Below, one piece after another: positions 17,432 through 26,445 of a DNA stretch of 64,000 nucleotides. The notes below the pieces were generated by a model. That model saw only the letters and a program-made list of their open reading frames with translations, was not told the DNA's origin and searched no databases. Source of the DNA: Escherichia phage PC3; sequence record ON184125; one strand, given 5' to 3'. Every line of letters starts with the position of its first letter. The stretch's first letter is position 1. The position numbers and the translations under genes are program-made.

Positions 17432-17803
17432 ATGTTTGATAAAGCAACCCGTATGAAACTGCGCTTCGAGTCTAACAAAGGTCTGCTGTCTGTTGAGCAG
17501 GTCTGGGACCTGAGCCTGACTGCCCTGAACGAAATGGCGAAAGGTCTGAGCCGTCAGGTGAAAGCAGCAGAAACCGATGAAGAAGATTTCATTGGCACCA
17601 AAAGCAACGTTGACTCCGAACTGCAGCTGCGCTTCGACGTTGTCAAGCACATCATCGGCGTTAAGCTGAAAGAACGTGACGACAGCAGAGAAGCGGCAGA
17701 GCGTAAGGCGAACAACCAGGTTATCCTGGAGCTGATCCAACGTAAGAAACAGCAAGAGCTGGAAAGCAAATCTGTTGAAGAACTGGAAGCACTCCTGAAA
17801 TAA
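17432..17803 (+). CDS. Hypothetical protein (123 aa), charged, coiled-coil-like C-terminus
   Basis: ORF with GAGGA SD, followed by terminator. Confidence 0.5.
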   Translation: MFDKATRMKLRFESNKGLLSVEQVWDLSLTALNEMAKGLSRQVKAAETDEEDFIGTKSNVDSELQLRFDVVKHIIGVKLKERDDSREAAERKANNQVILELIQRKKQQELESKSVEELEALLK

Positions 17804-17825
17804 TCTGTCTGACCTCAGCCTGAGC

Positions 17826-17854
17826 AACCCCGCCATGTGCGGGGTTTCTTTTGG
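17826..17854 (+). terminator. Rho-independent terminator
   Basis: aaccccgc-catgt-gcggggtt stem-loop followed by TCTTTTGG. Confidence 0.7.
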
Positions 17855-17863
17855 ACAAAGAAT

Positions 17864-18238
17864 ATGAAACCTGTCATTTGTGATTACTGCGGCCTCCCAG
17901 CCGAATTCGTCGGTGGTGATGTTCTCTACCCTCATCGCCCTGACCTCCGCAATCTGAAGTTCTGGGTGTGCACTCCATGTGATGCCCGTGTCGGTTGCCA
18001 TACCCATGGCGACGGCAGACAACCTTTGGGAAGGATGGCGAATGCCGCTCTCCGTGCTGCTAAGCAGGAAGCCCATAGATCGTTTGACCCATTGTGGAAA
18101 AGCGGAGAGAGGAGCAGGAGCGACGCTTATAGTTGGCTGGCGCATAAGCTGGGGATAAAGAAGCGTGAGTGTCATATTGGCTTGTTCGATATCGACATGT
18201 GCCGTAAAGTAGTGGAGGTCTGTAAACAAATATCATAG
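17864..18238 (+). CDS. Zinc-ribbon protein (paired CxxC motifs)
   Basis: CDYCG ... CTPCD ... C.H cysteine pairs; ORF 17837-18238 trimmed to MKPVICDYCG. Confidence 0.45.
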   Translation: MKPVICDYCGLPAEFVGGDVLYPHRPDLRNLKFWVCTPCDARVGCHTHGDGRQPLGRMANAALRAAKQEAHRSFDPLWKSGERSRSDAYSWLAHKLGIKKRECHIGLFDIDMCRKVVEVCKQIS

Positions 18239-18246
18239 GATAACAC

Positions 18247-19119
18247 ATGACAAATCGTACTGGCATAAAACTCACTCCTGAAGTCCTGAAGTCACATATC
18301 GCTGAGGTGATTTACGAAGACCGCGAAGTCGGCGGTCACCGGGCTATCACTTGTCATTTCAAGATGGATAACGGCTTCGTCGTTCACGGCACCAAGCCCA
18401 GCACATCCATAGACCCGGCCAACTTTGATGAAGCCCTGGGCAAAGAGATTTCCTACAATAATACCTTCGACCAGCTGTGGCAGCTCGAGGCGTACCGGGC
18501 GCTTGTTGAACAAGATCTGTTGGCCAAAGCCACGGAAACGGCAGAGATCCGGATCGATAAATACGCTGTTGAACGTAGCGCCCTCTATCCGGCCTATCAC
18601 CTCGGCTTCAATGTGATGATTCAGGACGTGATGTTCAGAGCGGAAAATGGCGAGCGCTTCTTGGCGTCTTTCGTTTGTGGGCCGGATGACATGGAACTTG
18701 TTGTTGAATCTCACAACGCCAAATCTCGTAAGGCTGTTAGTGATTTCCTGCGCGCCAACTCCAAACTCGATCTCACTTATTCGCCATTGGTTCTGCGCAT
18801 CGCCAAGATTTGTCATGAAGCCAACCGCGCATACTGTAAGTCTGTTGGTGACGACTCTCAACTGCCTTGGGAACAATCTCCGGCCTGGCAACGTGAGAGC
18901 GCTTGCAAAGGTGTTATCTTCCATCTCACTGGTGATCGTAAGCCCAGCGAATCACATGAGAGATGGATGGCGGAGAAGGAGTCTGAGGGTTGGGTGTATG
19001 GCCCAGTCAAAGACCCTCAGACCAAACAACACCCTTGCATGGTTCCGTATGGAGAACTCCCGGTACAACAACGCTCCAAAGATTATATTTTCAAATCCAT
19101 TGTAGACTCCTTTAAATAA
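18247..19119 (+). CDS. RyR-domain-containing protein
   Basis: C-terminal GWVYGPVKDPQTKQHPCMVPYGELP matches the RyR-domain signature as I recall it. Confidence 0.5.
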   Translation: MTNRTGIKLTPEVLKSHIAEVIYEDREVGGHRAITCHFKMDNGFVVHGTKPSTSIDPANFDEALGKEISYNNTFDQLWQLEAYRALVEQDLLAKATETAEIRIDKYAVERSALYPAYHLGFNVMIQDVMFRAENGERFLASFVCGPDDMELVVESHNAKSRKAVSDFLRANSKLDLTYSPLVLRIAKICHEANRAYCKSVGDDSQLPWEQSPAWQRESACKGVIFHLTGDRKPSESHERWMAEKESEGWVYGPVKDPQTKQHPCMVPYGELPVQQRSKDYIFKSIVDSFK

Positions 19120-19153
19120 GCTCTGAATAATATTTCAACCTGTCAATAATATA

Positions 19154-19186
19154 ATGCCCGGTTATATTCAATCGGGCATTTTTATT
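19154..19186 (+). terminator. Rho-independent terminator
   Basis: atgcccg-gttatattcaat-cgggcat stem-loop followed by TTTTTATT. Confidence 0.7.
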
Positions 19187-19193
19187 ATATTAA

Positions 19194-19224
19194 TTGACAT
19201 CAATACCGCCTGTCGTAATATAAT
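19194..19224 (+). promoter_or_regulatory. Sigma70-like promoter (TTGACA, 17-19 bp spacer, TATAAT)
   Basis: ttgacatcaataccgcctgtcgtaatataat just after a terminator and upstream of ORF 19270. Confidence 0.45.
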
Positions 19225-19269
19225 AGTTCCATGTTGAAATAGTTGGGAAATATAACTCACGAGAGCCTG

Positions 19270-19446
19270 ATGACCGACAACAAATTAAAACGTGCCGGAC
19301 TTGATTGTCTTGACAAATCATTCCGCCCCAGTGATGTTCTGGTCGCCCAAATGGAAAACAACCGGGATTTCATTGAAACTATGCTGGAGAACGCCGACGC
19401 GAACTCCAAACACTCCAAAGCCCAAAAAGGTCAAAACGATGATTGA
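19270..19446 (+). CDS. Hypothetical small protein (58 aa)
   Basis: ORF 19243-19446 trimmed to ATG after GAGAG; overlaps start of vWA gene by 8 nt. Confidence 0.3.
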   Translation: MTDNKLKRAGLDCLDKSFRPSDVLVAQMENNRDFIETMLENADANSKHSKAQKGQNDD

Positions 19447-21640
19447 ATCATTAACATTTAAGAATGCGGTTGCGACCGTCGCGCCGTCTAACCATGTAAT
19501 CGTTGTGGATATCTCCGGTTCCATGTATCGTTCACTTCCAGAAGTCCGTAAGCATCTGAAGGAGAACATGCCTTCCCTGGTGAAACCCGAAGATACTGTG
19601 AGCATCCTTTACTTTTCATCTCGCGGTGATTTCGGAACGGTATTTGCCGGGCGTCAGATCGGTGCCGCATCTGACCTGAGCGAGCTGAACAAACTGATCG
19701 ATCGCTTCCTGCAACCGTCCGGATGTACTGGCTTTGTTGAGCCGTTGAAACTGGCAATGGACACTGCTCGTGGCCTGAAGAAGCCTGGCTATGTCAACAA
19801 CCTGGCGTTCATGACTGACGGGTATGACAACTGCTGGCGTACCAACGAAATTCTACTGGTTGCTGAGACCCTGCCATTTGCTTTCGATAACATTACATTT
19901 ATCGAATATGGCTGGTACTGTAACCGCGAACTGCTGGCGCAGATGGCCGAACGCTCTGGTGCTACTCACGTGTTTGCCGAAGGTCAGACCGAATACCAGA
20001 CCGAGCTGGAAAACGTGCTGAAGTCATCAGTGCCGAAGGTGGTTGTTGATGTGCCTCTGCTATACACCCACGCCATCTATGTTGAAAACGGCGTAGCAAC
20101 TGTTCTGGCGGTACAGCCGGATGAAGACCATCCTATCGGCCACGTGAGCATCCCTGAGAGCGTCGCCAAGCTGTGGGTTGTAAACCCTAACATGATCGAC
20201 CAGCTTGATGCGCTGGCGGATATCCAGGCGGCATACGTGCTGGCGTTCTACGGCGTACACATTATGGACGCGGACCTGGTGTGGGCTGCACTGAAGAAAA
20301 CGGGTGACGTTCGCTTCATCAAACAGTACAGCAACTGCTTCACCAAGCAGGACTACTCCAACATCAAAGTTGATCTGACCCAGGCCATCGTTGATGACCA
20401 GCTGCGCGGCGTTGACGGTATTGACTATGACCTGGTTCCGGCTGAAGATGCGACGACCGTCGTTGACGTGCTGACGTATCTGGCTGAAGCTGGCGTGTGT
20501 GTTGCTACCAAACATCCTATGTTCTCCTACAAGAGCATCGGGCGCGGTACTGTGCAGAAAACCGACGACACCGAAGACAAGCTGGCAGAACAGATCGCGA
20601 ATGCTCAGTCCAAAGAAGAGCGTAAAGCCCTGGCTCTCAAGCTGGCAGAGCACGAAGAGTGGAACCCGACGTTCGAACCTACCAACGACCTGGGTGTTGT
20701 GCCAATCAGCGATTTGGTCTATAACTCCGAGCGCCCGAACATCAGTGTGCGTACAATTCAACACGGTACTGTGGCTGTGCCTGAATTCGCACAGAAGAAG
20801 TTTGGCCTGCCTGAAGAACTGGATACTTTCCAGTGGCGCAACTACACCATCGTCAAAGACGGTATCATTAACGTGAAGACTCTGCCGTTCAAGGCTGATA
20901 TCGAAGTTGTACAGAAGCTGATCGAAATGGGTGTCCACGTGTTTGGTGGTCCGGAAGTGTTTGTCCTGAACCTGGAAAGCGTACCGCTGGTCAACCGCGC
21001 CATGGTCAAAAACATCAGTGCTGCTCAGTTCTTTGCGGATAATGTCCGTCTGGAAGCCCTGAAAGGCAAGCAGAAGGTGCTGAAGTTCTATCGAGACGCC
21101 CTGGTTGGTAAGGGTAACGCCAAAGGCCTGGCAGTACAGTACGGCGCTGAGGCGGCCGAGTTCCTGTCCTCCTACGGTATCCGCGATTACGGCTTCTCAC
21201 CGAAGACTGAGACCAAAGAGTCTACCGACTTCTACATGAGCCGTGAGCTGAACGTTAAGATCGCCGGGGCGTCTTCACTACCGAGCATCGCGGCAGTACA
21301 GAAGAAGATTGCCGAGAACAAGAAACTCAATGCTGGTGACTTGTTCATCGCTAATGCGCTGAAGGAGTACGAAGCATTCGTGAAGTCTCCTATGATCACT
21401 GCCGTGCCTGAATCCTTACAGAAATATCTGATCGAAAACTGGATCGACGCTGCTGCCAAGGCGGCCATCACCGAAGTCCGCGCCCTGAACAAGACACTGT
21501 CTAAAGTGGTTTATGGTATCGTTGCTGGTCATGGCTGGTTCACCGACCTCGACCTGGAAGAGTCCACCATGGAAGTTGAAGTGGATGGCGTGAAGTACAA
21601 GGTCACTGCCGAACTGACAGAGAAAGAAATCAAAATCTAA
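19439..21640 (+). CDS. von Willebrand factor A (vWA) domain protein (733 aa)
   Basis: N-terminal VVDISGSMYRS ... FMTDGYDN (MIDAS-like DxSxS and downstream acidic motif); ORF 19292-21640 trimmed to MIESLTF. Confidence 0.55.
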   Translation: MIESLTFKNAVATVAPSNHVIVVDISGSMYRSLPEVRKHLKENMPSLVKPEDTVSILYFSSRGDFGTVFAGRQIGAASDLSELNKLIDRFLQPSGCTGFVEPLKLAMDTARGLKKPGYVNNLAFMTDGYDNCWRTNEILLVAETLPFAFDNITFIEYGWYCNRELLAQMAERSGATHVFAEGQTEYQTELENVLKSSVPKVVVDVPLLYTHAIYVENGVATVLAVQPDEDHPIGHVSIPESVAKLWVVNPNMIDQLDALADIQAAYVLAFYGVHIMDADLVWAALKKTGDVRFIKQYSNCFTKQDYSNIKVDLTQAIVDDQLRGVDGIDYDLVPAEDATTVVDVLTYLAEAGVCVATKHPMFSYKSIGRGTVQKTDDTEDKLAEQIANAQSKEERKALALKLAEHEEWNPTFEPTNDLGVVPISDLVYNSERPNISVRTIQHGTVAVPEFAQKKFGLPEELDTFQWRNYTIVKDGIINVKTLPFKADIEVVQKLIEMGVHVFGGPEVFVLNLESVPLVNRAMVKNISAAQFFADNVRLEALKGKQKVLKFYRDALVGKGNAKGLAVQYGAEAAEFLSSYGIRDYGFSPKTETKESTDFYMSRELNVKIAGASSLPSIAAVQKKIAENKKLNAGDLFIANALKEYEAFVKSPMITAVPESLQKYLIENWIDAAAKAAITEVRALNKTLSKVVYGIVAGHGWFTDLDLEESTMEVEVDGVKYKVTAELTEKEIKI

Positions 21641-21645
21641 TCCAA

Positions 21646-21670
21646 CGGGCGGGGCAACCCGCCTTTCTTT
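21646..21670 (+). terminator. Putative rho-independent terminator
   Basis: ggcggg-gcaa-cccgcc stem followed by TTTCTTTGG. Confidence 0.5.
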
Positions 21671-21681
21671 GGAGTAATAAC

Positions 21682-22005
21682 ATGAGCAGTAAACCAACAT
21701 ATGTTGAAGTCATGCGTCATCTGGCTCAGTACGCCACTGACAATCTGAATATGGATCTGTGGCGTGACGATGACAAGCGCAAATTGCTGGACGACGTGGC
21801 ATCTCAGAACGAGGACGCCCTGGACAAGCTGGCTGGTCTCCGTACCAAGAAAGACCTCGGCGGTGACGAACTGGATGCCATCGAAATCGTAATGGAACTA
21901 GAAGAAGAGTTTCAGGTCGAAATCGACGACGGGTGGCTAGGTAGTAAAGGCGATGACCCGACCATGGGTGAACTCGCTGAACTCGTGGTTGCCCTGCGCA
22001 AATAA
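21682..22005 (+). CDS. Acyl-carrier-protein-like four-helix protein lacking the phosphopantetheinylation serine
   Basis: DLGGDELDAIEIVMELEEEFQVEIDD parallels ACP [20 protein letters not shown] but has DEL in place of DSL. Confidence 0.5.
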   Translation: MSSKPTYVEVMRHLAQYATDNLNMDLWRDDDKRKLLDDVASQNEDALDKLAGLRTKKDLGGDELDAIEIVMELEEEFQVEIDDGWLGSKGDDPTMGELAELVVALRK

Positions 22006-22010
22006 CAGAA

Positions 22011-22040
22011 GTCCCCAACAAACGTTGGGGATTTTTACTT
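22011..22040 (+). terminator. Rho-independent terminator
   Basis: gtccccaac-aaac-gttggggat stem-loop followed by TTTTTACTTTT. Confidence 0.75.
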
Positions 22041-22127
22041 TTAGGGGTTTACTTCCTCTAAGGAATGTCCTATTATTCAATAACTGGCGAACGATGGGTT
22101 CACCGGGTTGAAAGGTAAGATTATATC

Positions 22128-22367
22128 ATGAAGAACAAAATGGTCGAAACTTCAGTAGAGATTGATCGCAATTGGGGATTGCTCCGCGCTAAAGGGTTCC
22201 GTCGTGTGTATGCGACCAAAGAAGTCTACGCACAGCGCCGTGACGTTATCATCAGCAAGAAAGGCAAAGAGTGGGTTGCTGAAGAAGTTGATGTCGAGAC
22301 AGGCATCGTAGGAAAGGTAAAGGCCAAGGCCGTGATCCTCTTCGCTCTTCTGAAGCACATCAGTTAA
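22128..22367 (+). CDS. Hypothetical small protein (79 aa)
   Basis: ORF with ttatatcATG context. Confidence 0.4.
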   Translation: MKNKMVETSVEIDRNWGLLRAKGFRRVYATKEVYAQRRDVIISKKGKEWVAEEVDVETGIVGKVKAKAVILFALLKHIS

Positions 22368-22426
22368 TTCTATAACTTTGGGCGGGGTATGATTACCCCG
22401 TCTATTTGAAACCAAGAGACTATATC

Positions 22427-22801
22427 ATGAAAAAGTTAATCCTCGCTGTTGCCCTGCTGGGCGCTTCCTTTGCTGCTGTTTCCGCCCCTCCTGTCATCAC
22501 CGGAGTGTCTACCAACGGTGTTTATGCTTTCAAGGCGTATGGCCAAGACCTCGTTCTGTATAAGAACGGGAAGATGATTGAGCGCTGCGTATCAGACGAC
22601 GTGAATCGTGGGATCGACAATCAGGGTAGCCCATACGTCCTGGACATCTATTCCTGCTCCAACGGGACGAAGTCCTTTGGCGTCAAGACCTTTGGCAACG
22701 TCGCCGACGGTGGCTGGGGCTTCATGTTCGAAACCCGCAACCACCACCCGGTCAAGACCATGCAAGAAGAGTTCTTGATCTCTGTCGGGGGTACGTTATG
22801 A
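22427..22801 (+). CDS. Secreted/periplasmic small protein (N-terminal signal peptide)
   Basis: MKKLILAVALLGASFAAVSA signal-peptide-like N-terminus; ORF 22406-22801 trimmed to ctatatcATG. Confidence 0.5.
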   Translation: MKKLILAVALLGASFAAVSAPPVITGVSTNGVYAFKAYGQDLVLYKNGKMIERCVSDDVNRGIDNQGSPYVLDIYSCSNGTKSFGVKTFGNVADGGWGFMFETRNHHPVKTMQEEFLISVGGTL

Positions 22802-23085
22802 CACCATCAGAGAGAAGTTCTATCAAGGAGATGATCAGAGACAAGGCGTGTGTTGGTCATACTCAGTCAGAGAACATCTTGCGCCTGATGGTAATAAAGA
22901 ACGATATCGACAACAGCCGATTCCAAACAGCGTTGTATGGCATGCTGGAGTTTATATCGCGGTCATCTGATCTTGGCACGGTCCGATATCTTGACGATCT
23001 TACCAAGCTGCTGAACACGGGCGGGGAAACTTTCGACACCGCTCGTATCCTGATTGACGGTAGACCTGAAGAAGACGAGGTATAA
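22798..23085 (+). CDS. Hypothetical protein (95 aa)
   Basis: ATGA overlap with upstream gene. Confidence 0.4.
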   Translation: MTPSERSSIKEMIRDKACVGHTQSENILRLMVIKNDIDNSRFQTALYGMLEFISRSSDLGTVRYLDDLTKLLNTGGETFDTARILIDGRPEEDEV

Positions 23086-23086
23086 T

Positions 23087-23245
23087 TTGGATAAAGAATT
23101 GGTTTGGGAAATTGTGAAGGGTGTCCTAGTAATAATCGCGGTGGTTTTCATCTTGGGTGGGAACTTCTTCTATTGGTTATTCCGATCCGACCAGAAACGT
23201 CGCGAACGCAAGGAGAAAGAGAGAAAGGATCGATGGATGCGCTAA
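23087..23245 (+). CDS. Possible small single-pass membrane protein
   Basis: Hydrophobic VLVIIAVVFILGGNFFYWLF followed by RERKEKERK; start codon uncertain (TTG or GTG). Confidence 0.25.
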   Translation: MDKELVWEIVKGVLVIIAVVFILGGNFFYWLFRSDQKRRERKEKERKDRWMR

Positions 23246-23277
23246 CTAAGGGATAACCCTATATCCCGAGGTGTGTC

Positions 23278-23727
23278 ATGTTCCTTACATCCTTTATTGA
23301 CTGGTTGAACATCATTAACGGCCTGAGGATCCCTGTTGGGAACCTCGGGCTTTCGCGTTCTTCTATGCCACAAATCGATGCCGACAAACAAGAAGATTTT
23401 CACAAATATCTTGAAGACAACGGCGTGTCCATAGATGCTGTACAAGTGCCCATCAAAATGCTTCGTCTCACCCAGAACGAAATCAACAAGATGAAGGTCT
23501 GGAAGATCATGAAGAACATCAGAAATAAGAAACCTATGGGTCGAGTTTGGGTGTCTTCTGACAATTACGTTGTTGACGGTTCTCACCGATTTGTCGCTGC
23601 GTTGAACATGGACGGCAAACAGCGCATGAAGGTCTACAAAGTTGATTTGCCAGCGATGGAATTTGTTAAACTCGCTAAACAGTTTCAGGGTGTGCGATAC
23701 AGAACGGTCAGCGATACTCGTTTCTGA
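23278..23727 (+). CDS. ParB-like nuclease domain (ParBc/Srx-like) protein
   Basis: VVDGSHRFVAA matches the ParB-like DGxHRxxA signature; GAGG SD. Confidence 0.5.
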   Translation: MFLTSFIDWLNIINGLRIPVGNLGLSRSSMPQIDADKQEDFHKYLEDNGVSIDAVQVPIKMLRLTQNEINKMKVWKIMKNIRNKKPMGRVWVSSDNYVVDGSHRFVAALNMDGKQRMKVYKVDLPAMEFVKLAKQFQGVRYRTVSDTRF

Positions 23728-23806
23728 ATACGATAGTTTATTGAATCCCTTTACTCATCATGGTGAGCCGCCTATCATTTCATCCAATGAAATAAGGAGA
23801 ATCACC

Positions 23807-24493
23807 ATGAAACGTTTAATCCTCGGGGTTGTGCTGGCTGGTCTGGCATTACCCGCCGCTACCAAGCTGAATTCCACAGGTGATAAACTGTGGTCTGACC
23901 TTTCCTATTGTGCTGGGTTCTCCCAGGCGGTTGCCATCGACAAGTCTGGTTCCATAGAGAACTTCGCTGAACTCTGGAACACAGGCAACGTCTCCACTGC
24001 TGTCATCAATGCCGGAATTGAGTTCAACCGTTACAAACAGGGAGCCTATAACCTCAAAGGCTACCTCAATGACGACGAATTTAACCGTGGAGGCATGGAG
24101 GCTGGCGATTTGATCATGACTGGGCGTATGGGCACCCAAGGCCGAATGACCGTAAGACAGTGCCGTTCGCTCCCTTCTCCGGCATTACAGAAGGGTGTGC
24201 AGGTTGGTCGCCGCCACCTGAACCTTATCAACGATGGCAACCAGTGCATCAAAGTATTCGAATACAGCGCTACGCAGACCTCTGATCGCGTCCTGAAGAA
24301 GGAATGGCGCACCCGCGCTCTTGGTCTCAGAGCCTGGCTGGTTGAGAACGATTATTACTTTGAAGACAGGGTTCAGAACGGTCTGAAAGACCTGGCCACG
24401 AATCTGAGCGTGAACCTTGATGATCCCCGCATGTCGCGCGAACTCCAGCAGACTCGTGTTGACTGCGACAATATGATGAAGGAGAACGAGTGA
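23807..24493 (+). CDS. Secreted protein (signal peptide), unknown function
   Basis: MKRLILGVVLAGLALPAATK signal peptide; AAGGAGA SD; ORF 23642-24493 trimmed. Confidence 0.5.
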   Translation: MKRLILGVVLAGLALPAATKLNSTGDKLWSDLSYCAGFSQAVAIDKSGSIENFAELWNTGNVSTAVINAGIEFNRYKQGAYNLKGYLNDDEFNRGGMEAGDLIMTGRMGTQGRMTVRQCRSLPSPALQKGVQVGRRHLNLINDGNQCIKVFEYSATQTSDRVLKKEWRTRALGLRAWLVENDYYFEDRVQNGLKDLATNLSVNLDDPRMSRELQQTRVDCDNMMKENE

Positions 24494-24819
24494 TGAAATG
24501 TAAAATCCTGCTCTTGTTGGTACTGATAGCCGGGTGTGTAAATGCCGCGCCACCGTCTAAACTGAACACATGTGTGGCATGGATGGAGACGTATCAGCAG
24601 TTCCACCCAGATGACAAAGACACATCTATCCTCCTGTCCGACTTCGAGGGGGAGCTGAAGCGCCTTGATCTGTTCAGTGTTGATCAGATAGAGAATGCGC
24701 TGGATCTTCCCATGATGCTGACTGCGGCTGATAACAGTCCACAAACGAAGAAAGACCTGATGTATTGCCGGGGAATTGCCCAGGACTTTGTCGGATTTCA
24801 AAATAAAGTTTCGGGTTAA
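24493..24819 (+). CDS. Putative lipoprotein (lipobox LIAGC)
   Basis: MKCKILLLLVLIAGCVNA signal peptide with lipobox cysteine; start overlaps upstream stop. Confidence 0.5.
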   Translation: MKCKILLLLVLIAGCVNAAPPSKLNTCVAWMETYQQFHPDDKDTSILLSDFEGELKRLDLFSVDQIENALDLPMMLTAADNSPQTKKDLMYCRGIAQDFVGFQNKVSG

Positions 24820-24858
24820 AATTTAGCCCTACATTGTGAACTGAAGGAATACACTGTG

Positions 24859-25725
24859 ATGCTCCTGACCAAAACAATCGCTGCGGCGATTATCGAAAAG
24901 AATAAGGCTTTTGCCCCCAACGCAGCCAAAGTTATGTTGGTACACGAAGACGCTCGCGTGATCTTCGCCGAGAAGTTCGAGATGGGCGCGAAGTTCTGGT
25001 ATGCCGACAACTTACGTGAGAGCAAACTTCAGGGTATCATCCACAAACTGACTCTGGTCGCCAAGCGTAATGACCAGGGTGACTGGGTCGGCGTTTCTGA
25101 CTTCAGTACGAAGATCACCCCAAAGGCTCCGCTTTCTCGTCAAGAGCGCATTCTGGAAGCCCAGGAAAAGCTGCGTGCGGCTCGGAGTACCCCAAAGGCG
25201 AAACCAGATGCAAGCCCTGTCATCAAGCCAGCGGTTGTTCCTAAGTCCAAATACCTCCCGCCCGTGAGTCAAAAGGCTGTGGAGCAATTGGTCGAGAAGC
25301 GCAAGGGTGACGTTGTGATGAAGTCTGACTCTTCAGTGGAGTCGTTCAAGCCGGATCCAGCAGAAGTACAGGCGCTAGCAGAAAAGGTAAAGAATTCACA
25401 ATTCATTTCCCTGCGTGAACTTGAACCGCCTACTCGCCGTCGTGTCGCCAACGAGCTGTTTGTGTCGTTCAGGTCGGATGGCAAGATCGTCCTGTGCAAA
25501 GCCCTGCGCGATGCAATCCCTTGGACAACTCTGAACATGATGGTCACTCGCGACTTCAAGCGTTTTGGTATCATGCAAGGCAAGGACTACAACGTGAACC
25601 AGAGTGGGACTTATGTCAATCGCGCCATGTGCTCTAAGCTGTCATTCCCTGAAGATACCGGAACGATCCGTGTCGTTCTGAATTGGGATGACAATCTGAA
25701 CATGTATGTTGGCGATTTCCAATAA
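24859..25725 (+). CDS. Hypothetical protein (288 aa)
   Basis: ORF with AAGGA SD; Lys/Pro-rich central linker. Confidence 0.5.
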   Translation: MLLTKTIAAAIIEKNKAFAPNAAKVMLVHEDARVIFAEKFEMGAKFWYADNLRESKLQGIIHKLTLVAKRNDQGDWVGVSDFSTKITPKAPLSRQERILEAQEKLRAARSTPKAKPDASPVIKPAVVPKSKYLPPVSQKAVEQLVEKRKGDVVMKSDSSVESFKPDPAEVQALAEKVKNSQFISLRELEPPTRRRVANELFVSFRSDGKIVLCKALRDAIPWTTLNMMVTRDFKRFGIMQGKDYNVNQSGTYVNRAMCSKLSFPEDTGTIRVVLNWDDNLNMYVGDFQ

Positions 25726-25781
25726 TCAATAACCTCGGGCGGCTTATCATAAAGCTGCCCTTTCATTTGAGTGACTATATC

Positions 25782-26444
25782 ATGGAAAAACTTTATTCTA
25801 TTATCGTCGGTCCTGATCCTGACGGATTATTCTTCGCCCCGTTGTCTTATATTGCCCACGCCCGTATCGGTAGCCATTACGCATATTGCACACGTGGCCA
25901 CGACGGTTCCAATATCCTCCATTATAGCCGCCTGAACGATTTCCTGGCACTTCAACCAGAAGATGTTGTGCTGGCGCGTCGCGTGTTCATCGACTTCAAC
26001 GCGATGCACAACAACGAAATCGACGCTCGCTATCATGCCATGCGTTCTATGGAAGGGGGAGACTGCATTTATCGTATCGACCATTTTAGTGAGTTTACCG
26101 AATGTATTGATTGGTTTATCTCTGATAAAGTGATGGGTGAAAGAATCGTCACAACTTCGTGGGTACATGCGGAACAACTTCGTGTGTCTACCGATGCATA
26201 CAAAGAAGTCGAAAATCTGTGCAACAAGTTCCGCATCTCGGTGGCCTGTAATCAAGACCTGGGCGAAGAGATACAATGGACAGCTGAGTCTCCTCATTTC
26301 AGTGGCCTGGTGATGACGGCCGAAACCCGTTCCCGTGCTGTTGTCCAGTTAGTACTCTGGGCGTTCTACCAGCGCACCCCGTTCTCATACATGGGACAGA
26401 AAGAGATTGATGAACTCCTGAAGTCTCACGCGGTGGAGGTGTGA
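25782..26444 (+). CDS. Hypothetical protein (220 aa)
   Basis: ORF 25767-26444 trimmed to ctatatcATG. Confidence 0.45.
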   Translation: MEKLYSIIVGPDPDGLFFAPLSYIAHARIGSHYAYCTRGHDGSNILHYSRLNDFLALQPEDVVLARRVFIDFNAMHNNEIDARYHAMRSMEGGDCIYRIDHFSEFTECIDWFISDKVMGERIVTTSWVHAEQLRVSTDAYKEVENLCNKFRISVACNQDLGEEIQWTAESPHFSGLVMTAETRSRAVVQLVLWAFYQRTPFSYMGQKEIDELLKSHAVEV

Positions 26445-26445
26445 C

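Noticed and set aside
20060-20938. 292-aa minus-strand ORF inside the vWA gene
   Set aside because: Antisense shadow of a well-supported plus-strand gene; low-complexity composition and no upstream signals
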